Below are positions 47,549-58,918 of a stretch of 64,000 nucleotides of DNA, one piece after another. A program made the translations under genes and the position numbers. The notes under the pieces were generated by a model. That model was not told where the DNA came from. It searched no databases and saw only the letters and a list, made by a program, of their open reading frames with translations. Numbering within the stretch: the stretch's first letter is position 1; every line of letters starts with the position of its first letter. This stretch comes from Octopus sinensis (Eukaryota): positions 107,074,001 to 107,138,000 of the forward strand of contig NC_043002.1 in assembly GCF_006345805.1 (NCBI RefSeq), read 5' to 3'.

Positions 47549-47820
47549 TAGAAATATTTAAATTTTAAATATCTCAGAGAGATATGAGCGATGTGGAACG
47601 TGGAACGAAGAGCAGTTGTATACTGTCAACTAACGTGGGAGCCAACTTGTACAGACATAAAGCAAAAGTCAAACATAGAATAATAATAATAATAATAATT
47701 AATAATATAATAATAATAATAATAATAATATGATTAGAAAATTAAATTTCTAAATATCTCAGAGAGATATGAGCGTGGTGGTGGAACGATAGAGCGGTTG
47801 TATACTGTCAACTTAACGTG
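47026..47820. repeat. Composite tandem array, period 164-186 bp
   Basis: Unit starts ATTAGAAA at 47026, 47204, 47383, 47547 and 47733; unit = about 95-bp segment + 41-bp LINE end + (AAT)n. Confidence 0.9.
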
Positions 47821-47935
47821 ACAGTCCCGTAAAGGGAATCACAGCACCGCTATTTAGCCCTAGGAAACATCGACATTTCCTGTGTCCTTATGTTTACGAA
47901 GGGGAGACAAGCACCCCCAACAGCTAGGCCTGCAT

Positions 47936-47981
47936 CCAGAAACACATGCATGTTTCTGAGTCTTGCTCATCATCAGTTTGG
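47936..47981 (-). ncRNA. Variant hammerhead motif (antisense partner of 48122-48165)
   Basis: Minus strand CCAAA-CTGATGA-TGAG-CAAGA-CTCA-GAAA-CATGCATGT-GTT-TCTGG; one stem I mismatch and a 2-nt insertion. Confidence 0.5.
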
Positions 47982-48100
47982 TGTAGCATCGGTCATATCT
48001 CTCTGAGATATTTAGAAATTTAGTATCTCTAATTTTGGTGATCAGTGAATAAACTTCCCTGAAAATATATATATGTTTACGAAGGCTTTATAAGCATCTT

Positions 48101-48180
48101 CAGCTAGCAGGCCATGCTACTCCAGACTGATGATGAGCAAGTCTCAGAAATATGCATGTCTCTGGATGCAGGCCTAGCTG
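48101..48180 (+). ncRNA. Type I hammerhead ribozyme motif with extended stem I
   Basis: CCAGA-CTGATGA-TGAG-CAAGT-CTCA-GAAA-T-ATGCAT-GTC-TCTGG; flanks CAGCTA...GGCC..TGC and GCA-GGCC-TAGCTG extend stem I; predicted cleavage after C48160. Confidence 0.78.
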
Positions 48181-48334
48181 TTGGGGGTGCTTGTCTCCCC
48201 TTCGTAAACATAAAGACACAGGAAATGTGTCAAAGCCGACAGGAAGCGTCGATGCTTCCTAGGGCTAAATAGAGGGGGGGTGATTCCTTTTACGGGACTG
48301 TCACGTTAAATAATAATAATAATAATAATAATAA

Positions 48335-48369
<35 letters not shown>

Positions 48370-48370
<1 letters not shown>

Positions 48371-48556
48371 CAGGACTTACAAACACATATAACATACAGA
48401 AAATTGCACTACTAGGCACTGCACACATCCTACGCAGAACACTTTCCATACAATAACCATCAGAGCATCACAACAAATCATAGCACATACCTAAGGCACA
48501 CAGAGCTGCGCTCGGTAGTGAAGTGAAAGCACGCTATAAAAATAAAACTACTGAAT
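48370..48556 (+). mobile_element. Second R4/Dong-like LINE 3' end in (TAA)n
   Basis: PGLTNTYNIQKIALLGTAHILRRTLSIQ*; 3' UTR differs from the 46639 copy; (AAT)n on both sides. Confidence 0.75.
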
Positions 48557-48572
48557 GATAATAATAATAATA

Positions 48573-48633
<61 letters not shown>

Positions 48634-49807
48634 TAATAACAATAAAATGAATTTAGTTTAAGCAGAGATAGAAAATGAACTGTGATTTCGATTAGCCGAG
48701 AGTTTATATCTTACGTTTATTGTTTATAATCATTGATGCCTCAAATACGAAGACTTTATCGAAGGAATAGAATAAATGTGAAAGCTTGTGAGTGGTTTAA
48801 GGTTTCTTTACATTTAAACAAGATTATTGAATTCTGGCAATTATAATTTTTCTTTCGCAACCTGATATTTTAGGGTTCGATAGAGGTATATTTAAATAAA
48901 CAGAAGAAATAGAAGAAAAGGAGAAGAAACAATTATACAGGTTTAATTTGAATAAATTAAGGTATGTGGATAAATAGACAAAAACCCTTTGCGTCCATAT
49001 AGTACTACTGGGACCCCAATTTGAATCCCATATTTCCAGGCATATTTGGATTTCCAACAAACAGCGCCTCTCTCTCTTTCACTATCTATGTATCTATCAA
49101 TATATATATATATATAATATATATTATATATAATATATATATATACGATATATATATATATATATATATATATCTTATACATAAATGGCAATTTCAGTCT
49201 GTTACCATCTTACTACCTACACCAGTGAACCAATCTTGACATAAGTTTGCATATATGTTAAACTAACATTCAATTATAGGCTAATTGGATTTCAATAAGA
49301 ACCTATAATGGGCCCCTGGAGGTGGGGCTATTATTTGATAAAATAAGAAGGGTGCAAAGAGTGTTAGTGTGAGGGAAATGTGGTGGCATAGTGAGTGTGG
49401 CTGATATCAGGGAAGGGGAGAACAGCGTCGTATAAGCAACAAATATGGAGTGGCAATGGGATGATAACGTTAATACAACTATCCTTCACGGATATACACG
49501 CGACACTGCATAATACTTTCGTGAAGACATAGATACATGCATACACTCACACACACACTACATACGCAAACACACACACACACTAGATACGCACACACAC
49601 ATAACTAACTTTTAAAACGCCGAGGAAAGGAAGGAAAGGTGCGTATGAGGAATACATAGCTTTAAGGAGAGAGGAGGTAAGTAGCTTTTCTACTGTCCAT
49701 CGCAAAGAAACACTCACACACAGACGCACACACACGTATATACATACATATATATGTCTACTATACACCATTTTAAACTCGTGATTATCTGTGTGTACGT
49801 TTGTAAA

Positions 49808-49888
<81 letters not shown>

Positions 49889-50523
49889 CGTCCTATAACT
49901 GTCTGTCTTTCTGCTTTTGTAGAGTCTTCCCTATTACTGTCGCATATTGTGAAATTTTAAAATTTGGTATTTTGAAATAATTTTCCACATTGAATCCGAT
50001 TTTGTTTATTTATTCGTTCCAGAAAATTGCAGAAAAATGTTACTGAGGTTTAAAGTTTAATCAATTTTTACCTAATCAGAAAACAGGATTTGGAAGCTAG
50101 TATTTTCTGCATGATAGCTGTCTATCATGAAATGAAAGCAAAATCATTACGAGGAGGAATTTTTATCAAACAAACGAAAGTAAAGTATTATGACGACCAA
50201 AATTGTAAGAACTTTTGAAGTTTTAATAAGTTTTGATAAATAAAGTCACGTGAAACGGTCGAACAGACATGTCAATAATTTAAAAAGGGAAAAATCTCCA
50301 ACGAAGATTTTTGCAAAAAATTACCCAAATCTGTCCTGATCAAGAGGCTTATCTGTCGGGGAAGGCATGATCTGGCATGGAATAAACAAAAATTTATTAT
50401 AAAAATTTCCCGGTAACGGCGGGCTATTCAGCTAGTGTACATGCATACATACATACATACATATATATATATGAATAATATATATATATGAATAAATATG
50501 TATATATATATATATAATATATT

Positions 50524-50588
<65 letters not shown>

Positions 50589-51197
50589 CGGGAAGCTTTA
50601 TGAAAATAAACAAAAGACGAAGGCAGGTGGAAAACAAACGAACAATTGTATTAGTATGGCGCTCAGGAAAAAATAAAACAAGTCTTTAACCCCGTTCGAG
50701 CCTAACGCTCTTCAACAGAAAGACCACACAGAGAGAGAAAACACAGAAAGAAGGAGAGAAAAAATGCGTGCATTAGCTAACGAATCAACATGGCGTCTGT
50801 TTCGGCCAGAGTCAAAGATCAACATGAGACCGAGAGCGAAATAAGGGAGATAATAGGGTTGATAAAGGGTTGAGGGCCCAGCTAATAGTGCGTAGGAGGG
50901 GTCTTGATGTGTGTAAGTATGGGTTTGGTGTATGTATTAGTATGTATAAAGGGTGTGTGTGTGTGTGTGTGTGTGTATGAGAGAGTATTAGTGCGTAGGA
51001 TTGGTCTGGACGTGCGTATGTATGGGGTTGGTGAATGTAATTAGTATGTATTAGTATGTATTAGTACGTATTGGTGGTATGTATAGTGTGTGTGTGTGTG
51101 TATGAGAGAGTATAATGCGTATGCGGGGTCTGGACTTGTGTATGTATAGGGTTGGTGTATGTATTATATATATATATGTATATATGCATATATGCAT

Positions 51198-51230
<33 letters not shown>

Positions 51231-51249
51231 CGTACATAAATATACATAT

Positions 51250-51301
<52 letters not shown>

Positions 51302-51549
51302 TAGATATATATATATATATATATATCTATCACATAGATATTCATACATCATATATACATATAAATATATATATATATATAATATATATATATATATATA
51401 GTATGGTAAGACAAGAAAAGAGTGAAAGAGACTCGATTTTCATAGCATTTTTAATGGCCCGATAACTGAAGAGATGCCGGTGTGGGTTTTCCGCCGAACA
51501 TCCAAAACTCGGAGTTTTATCATGGCTACCGAATAATTGTCACATATTA

Positions 51550-51600
<51 letters not shown>

Positions 51601-51674
51601 TTACAGCCAGTAGATAATATATCTGAAAGAGAAGCACACTCAAATTGTTAGATCCGTAATGTATTTGTAAGAAG

Positions 51675-51876
51675 TTAATCACATGGCCGGTCATAGAGTG
51701 ACCAATGGTTTATCTATAAAGCGTTTAGCCTTACAGACGACACGCCGGACAAAGTTAACTGACCGTATCATTTTTTTTAATCTCCAGCGACCATTAGAGT
51801 CCGACGACCGTCTATTAGGCTAAGTGCTTAACGGATGCAAAACCTTAGGTCACACAATGACCGGCCATATAATTAA
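51675..51876. mobile_element. TTAA-bounded MITE with about 35-bp TIRs
   Basis: TTAATCACATGGCCGGTCATAGAGTGACC versus GGTCACACAATGACCGGCCATATAATTAA. Confidence 0.7.
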
Positions 51877-51892
51877 TTTCACCCTCTCTCTA

Positions 51893-51933
<41 letters not shown>

Positions 51934-52636
51934 AATCAAAATAAGCAACAATGATATCCAGAGGCAATGCAGTACAATCGTTTCACACAACTCCATTTAA
52001 TTGAACAATACAACCATTAAATCAATTTAAATGCAGAGCAATCCTCAGCTGCACAGAGACATAGAATTTAATTAAATTAAAACAGATGGATACATTAGTA
52101 TAATTTTACCTAACACCTCCAAGAAGTTAAGGAGATAGACAAAGAACATGCTGTCTTCACTTCAGCTTAGAAGCTACTAAGGTATCAGGAAGAAAGACTT
52201 GTTACAGATTTTGCTTGCCATTGTTTCATGGGGCCAGTTTTAATTCATAGACTAGTTTTATCAAATCCTTGTATATCTAAGGCCGAGTCTGTTAAGGGTA
52301 GGGCTGAGGGAGTCGACAGAAAGCATAGTGGGTATAGTCATGAAAATCAAGATTTATTTGAAGCAATATCATGGGATTTGGTAAAGGAAAACTTAAATCA
52401 AGATGTTAGCTGACAATTAAAGGGGCTGGCCACTAACAGACTATTGATAATGAAAACAGGGGAAATTTTATCATGTAGTACTATAGTTAAATATTTTAAA
52501 TAATACTGCTATATTGTATAAAGTTGAAGTTTAGGGTTATTCAGAGGATTATTAAGAAGAATTATAACTAAAGGATAGAATGTTTTATGAATACTTTTGA
52601 GTATACACCAAAGTATATGTAGCTTATTAACCACAA

Positions 52637-52721
<85 letters not shown>

Positions 52722-53100
52722 ATGTCTACCTAACTCTATCTATCTACACATATATACATACATAGATACATACGTACGTACGTACATTCATACATACATA
52801 CATAAATACATACATACAAAAAAAAACCCCCTACATTCAAGGTTAAACTTCAATAATAGACATTTCATTTAAAAAAAAACGGATTTAGATGACCATTAAT
52901 CACCAGCCATTCAAAACAAGACAATATGGCTTTATTTGTATTAAAACAAGGAACATACGTCCCTTATCTCGTTCAAGGGTGGAGTTTCAGTTAATTTCGT
53001 TCCGTTTTCTTGGTCTATCTTTTAACTATATCATTTGCAATGTCACAACGCCCCAGAAATGAAGGCTACAATAGACTTTGCGGCAATGCATACCCATGTT

Positions 53101-53197
<97 letters not shown>

Positions 53198-53200
53198 ATT

Positions 53201-53232
<32 letters not shown>

Positions 53233-53648
53233 CTGCGACATACATGCGTTAATTGTCAGGTGAAAATATCTTTTTTTTTTAAATATATATTTGTATATTT
53301 TTCTGTTTGAAATGCAGATATAAATGCATTCATATATTCATACGATTGTCTTGACATGATCTCTCCTTCTCTCCCCCTCTCTCCACACACACACACACAC
53401 ACACACAACATACACACACACACACGCACACACACACACGCACACACACACAACCACACACACATACATATATATTCTTTTATTTGTCTCAATCATTTGA
53501 CTGTGTATATTTATCTATTTATTATACCCCATTACATATGCATGCATAAATACACATAAAGCACTCACCCATAATGTGTGTGTGTGTGTGTATATCTGTC
53601 TGTGTGTCTCTATATATATATATATATATATAATATATATATATATAT

Positions 53649-53840
53649 GGGGGGCAAAGGAAAGTGATTGCGTCTCTCATAGCCTCCTCCTCTCCAGGTG
53701 TAATGATCGCTGCAGAACTTCTACCTTGCCGCGCCTTGCGGAAAGTTCTTGCTAATGACCTCTCCTGCACTACTGTGTCCGCACACAGCAGCACCTTCAC
53801 GCGGTACCTCCCCCCCTGTTCTCACTGAGCCTGCTGTGTG
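53649..53840 (+). ncRNA. Candidate HDV/CPEB3-like ribozyme
   Basis: P1 GGGGGG/CCCCCT with G.U at position 1, P2 10 bp (53782-53791/53831-53840), P3 ACC/GGT, L3 TTCACGC, P1.1 AC/GT, J4/2 CTGA; P4 is missing. Confidence 0.5.
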
Positions 53841-54195
53841 GCGCGACCGGGTGCTTGGCGGTATAACCAGGTGGGCAGACTGGGCTCGTTAGCCCTTGGT
53901 TGGCAGCCAGTCTAGGAGAAGGAAACTCTGACTCCAAACCCTCGCTCCGCTGCCTTGCGGATGCTCTTGGGAGAGGGAAAGGCTATGGGAGTAAACCCAG
54001 ACAGAAAATCCGGAGTGGAGCCCCGAAGGCGGTAGGGTGTCGAATCTCGACCCCTTTCCGGCAACTCCTGCAGCCAACCAGACTCCAAACGTACTGCACT
54101 GCATTCCTTTGTTATGTCTGGGGGCCGAGAGGGAGATTCTGGTGTCTGGGCAGCCCAGTGTCTCGTTTCTATCGCCCAGGCTTGCGCCATGGAGA
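53649..54195 (+). mobile_element. Short RTE-like element (5'UTR-type sequence) inserted in (TA)n
   Basis: GC-rich block with TA arrays on both sides; contains GGTTGGCAGCCAGTCTAGGAGAAGGAAACTCTGA, which I recognise as RTE 5'UTR-like (recall, not a search result). Confidence 0.6.
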
Positions 54196-54266
54196 ATATA
54201 TATATATATATATATATTATATTACCCTATAATATATACCTAATATTATACATATAATATATTACA

Positions 54267-54347
<81 letters not shown>

Positions 54348-54653
54348 ATATATGTATGTATATATAATCTTTAGTTAAATATATTCAATGACAATATTAT
54401 ATACTGAATTTATATTGAGTGCTGTATTGTATCAAAGTATTAATACTATTAAGGCATTTATATGTTTAATACGAGCGATTATATATATTTTATATTATAT
54501 TATTATTAATATCAAGAAATCAATATTGATTTCCTGATATTAAGAATAATATATATTATAAAGTATATATATATGTATATATGTATATGCACATATATGT
54601 ATATATATGTGTATATATATATATATGTATATCTGCATATATAAAAAACAGGA

Positions 54654-54684
<31 letters not shown>

Positions 54685-54998
54685 TGTGTGTACGTGAATG
54701 TAATTTATGCACGTCCACAAATTAGCACGCATGTCACTCCAATTTTAGGAGGACATTCGTCATGATCCTAGCTGTATTTTCGTCAAATTATTTTCCCCAG
54801 AGACACCAGCGAATAGCAGTAAAATAAATTTTAAACCAAAACTTTTAACAATTTTCAAGTTGGAAAAATCACCATTGTCTGCAATCAGGAGTTACGTCCC
54901 CTTCTAGCGACGTGCAAGTTTTTGTTAAGACTTCTGTTGTTTTTTCTATCGAGGAAAAAAGTGTTTTGTTGATATACAGACAGCACACACACACACAC

Positions 54999-55050
<52 letters not shown>

Positions 55051-55430
55051 ACACGAACATGTATGCGTACAAAAAACATGTATGCAATAGGTATACGTAC
55101 GTACGTGTAGGTGTGTTGCCCATATATATATATATAATATATATATATATATACTATATTATATATATATAAGCCAATTTCAAACGGATTTCGCCCAATT
55201 TGACGTGATGTTAGTTGGTTTGAAATAAAGAACTTGATTAGCTTAATAATCTAACTTATCCCGGCCAAGCCGGGATAATACTGCTTAGTATATATAGATA
55301 TATATATATATAGATATATAAACACATATATATATATATGCATGTATATGTATATATGCATATGTATATGTATATATGATATGTATATATGTGTATATAT
55401 ATGTATATGTATTATGTATATGTACAAATA

Positions 55431-55512
<82 letters not shown>

Positions 55513-56116
55513 TTTGGGCGGCAAAAAAAAGAAAAATTGGACGCCCCTACCCCTGGTTAGGGCATTGGACTCATGGTCGAAAGATTGGGGTTTCGATTCC
55601 TGGACCGTGTGATGCGTTGTGGCTTTGAAGCGAAACATTTAATTTCCTTTTGCCCCAGTCCAGTCAGCTGGTAAAATCCTGCAACGGACCGGGATCCCGT
55701 CCTGGGAGGAATATATATATGTCAGAGGAAATAGGAAACCGGCCCTATGCCCCTTACAGAGTGATGTGGACTAACTACCACGAAATCAAATGTATGGCCC
55801 CGTTTATTTTTAAAGATACAGAGTATGGCATTATTTCGGTAAAAACATTCTTTAGAAAAAAAAAAAAAGGGGGCACAGCAGCTTTTGCTTCATTGAAGGA
55901 CAGAGTTGTAGTTTCGTCTCGTTTTCTCATTCCATCTTTTCATTGTATCATTTGATCATGTGCATGACTCAGTGCTTGAAAGTTCGCTTTTAAACCGCGT
56001 GGTTTCGATTTCAGTTCCACTGTGTGACACCTTGGGCAAGTGTCTTAGACTATAGCCTCGGGCCGACCAATGCCTTGGGAGTTGATTTGGTGGAAAGAAA
56101 TTGTGAAGAAGCCCGT

Positions 56117-56201
<85 letters not shown>

Positions 56202-56421
56202 TATGCGTATGTCTGCGTGCGTGTTTGTCCCACTGCTTGGCAATAAGTGTGTGTTTGCCTCCCCCGTGACTTAACGATTCAGCAAAAGACACTAACAGAA
56301 TAAGTGCTAGATTTTAAAAACAGATGCTGAGGTCGATTTGTTTGACTAAACCCTTCAAGGCGGTGCCCCAGCATGGTCACAGTCCAATTCTTGAAGCAAG
56401 TGAGGAATAAAATATAGAACA

Positions 56422-56465
<44 letters not shown>

Positions 56466-56819
56466 CACACACACACATACAGGTTCACACCTAGATACAT
56501 ACATATACGTACACAGACACAGACATAGGGTTATTAAATCAGTCTTAGGATAACTTAGTTCACCGAAGATCGTCTGGGAAGCCATAAAACATCGTTCGAT
56601 CCGTGTGATCAATAACTAAGTTGTTGCCATAGTGATACAATAATACATATCAGGAAAGGAACACTGTAGAGAAAAAAAGCAATGATTATGTTCCCGGTAA
56701 TAGCGATTTCCGGTTGAAGCTGTGTGTATCGATGATTCTAGTTACCTTTAGCAAAGCCACGACACAAGCGATGACCTCCTGTACGAAGTCATTTGACTTG
56801 CAAGAAATATCAGCCGGCA

Positions 56820-57236
56820 TTTTATTTCTTCATTGCCCTCAGGGGGCTAAACATAGAGGGGATAAACAAGGAGAGATCAAAGGGGTTAAGTTGATTACAT
56901 CGACTCCAGTGTTCAACTGGTATTTATTTAATCGACCCCGAAAGGATGAAAGGCAAAGTCGACCTCGGCAGAATTTGAACTCAGAATGTAACGTCAGCCG
57001 AAATACCTATTTCTTTACTACCCACAAGGGGCTAAACACAGAGAGGACAAACAAGGACAGACAAACGGATTAAGTCGATTATATCGACCGCAGTGCGTAA
57101 CTGGTACTTATTCAATCGACCTCGAAAGAATGAAAGGCAAAGTTGACCTCAGCGGATTTTGAACTCAGAACGTAACGGCAGACGAAATACAGCTACGCAT
57201 TTCGCCCGGCGTGCTAACGATTCTGCCAGCTCGCCG
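56820..57236 (-). mobile_element. SINE family B dimer (183-bp period)
   Basis: GAAATAC at about 57000 and 57183; same junction as 42352 and 57860. Confidence 0.85.
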
Positions 57237-57305
57237 TCGCCTGTCTTTATGAGGGCTGAGCTAGGTTTTTTAACCTGTGGTTTTTCACGCCGACAAACCC
57301 CAGGC

Positions 57306-57405
57306 NNNNNNNNNNNNNNNNNNNNNNNNNNNNNNNNNNNNNNNNNNNNNNNNNNNNNNNNNNNNNNNNNNNNNNNNNNNNNNNNNNNNNNNNNNNNNNN
57401 NNNNN
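57306..57405. other. Assembly gap (100 N)
   Basis: Run of N. Confidence 1.
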
Positions 57406-57643
57406 GTAAGAAACAATGTATGTGTGTATGTGTGTGTATTGGCAAGTCAGTGAGCGTGAACTTTAATATATTTATAAAATAAACACAGAAAGTGTTTTCG
57501 ATTTTTTTAAATCGTTTGAATATTATTTTATTTATATTTTCAGGTAATAAATATTTTTTCTGTTGAAAATTAGAATTAATTTCAATATTTTGCATAAGCA
57601 CCAAGTTAGAAGTTCAATTATTATTATTGCATGTATGTGTGTG

Positions 57644-58020
57644 AGGCGGCAAGCTAGCTGGCCGAAATGCTTAGCGGTATTTCGTCTGTCTTTATGTTCT
57701 GAGTTCAAGTTCCGCCGAGGTCGACTTTACCTTTCATCCTTTCGGGTCGATTAGATAAGTACCAGTTACGCACTGGGGTCGATATAATCGACTTAATCCG
57801 TTTGTCTGTCCTTGTTTGTCCTCTCTGTGTTTAGCCCCTTGTGGGTAGTAAAGAAATAGGTATTTCGTCTGCCGCTACGTTCTGAGTTCAAATTCGGCCG
57901 GGGTCGACTTTGCTTTTCAACCTTTCGGGGTCGATTAAATAAGTACCAGTTACACTCTGAAATCGAAGTAATCGACTTAATCCCTTACCCCAAATTTGAG
58001 GCCTTGTGTTTCCAGAAGAA
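57644..58020 (+). mobile_element. SINE family B dimer (183-bp period)
   Basis: GTATTTCGTCTG at 57677 and 57860. Confidence 0.85.
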
Positions 58021-58824
58021 AGGATTATTATTATATACTTACTAAGGGGTGCATGTTCATCGCCCGCTTCGCTGGCTCAATCGAACGTGAACGCGGTAGT
58101 GTCGAACACGCGATAAACCTGCGATTCGTAAGCTGCGGCCGTCTTGATATAATCTACGGCAGTGGAATCATATTTTGAAAGTTACTCTTACAAATAACAA
58201 CTGTGTAACGCAAACAGAAAGATACGCCGATTACGTTTCACTACTGATTCTCTCGGGTTTGCCTGTTTCTTTAGATCAACTCACACATCAAAAAAACAAT
58301 TTCTGTTTTTACTAATGCAATCAAAACCTACTTAACCCGTCTTAACTGATTTAGTTACTGTTTATAATCTCCTGCAAATGATAGCTACTTAATTGTGTGC
58401 ATACATTTCATAGAACAATAGTTAGTAAATTGACGAAAGTAACCATCTTATGTCTATCGTTTGGGTTTATACAATTTATTGAAAATCAGAGAAACAATGA
58501 AAAGATAACTTATATTTTGGAGAAGTAGTTCTCAGGTTTTTTTTGTTTGTTTTAGATACACTCACCACTCTGATTTTCGAAAATAACGTGTACTTCATAA
58601 TGAACGGACGAAATTAGTATATACATGCATGCATATACAAATGCATTCATGCATGCATGCACACATACACACACATATGTGAGTGTGTGTATGTATGTGT
58701 GTGTGTATATATATATATATATAAAGTAATGTTCGTAGCCACTTGGCTGTTCCGTTCGAATGGAACAGCCATGTTGAAGTGGTTAGTAAAACTACTGCGT
58801 TGATCTAGAGAGTTTTAGAACTAG

Positions 58825-58865
<41 letters not shown>

Positions 58866-58876
58866 CGTGTGTGTGT

Positions 58877-58918
<42 letters not shown>

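Noticed and set aside
47026-47820. Repeat-spacer appearance suggesting a CRISPR array
   Set aside because: The spacers are (AAT)n, the repeats exceed 130 bp, the context is eukaryotic and there are no cas genes.
57149-57604. ORFs spanning the N run
   Set aside because: Artefact of translating the gap; the flanks are SINE and low-complexity sequence.
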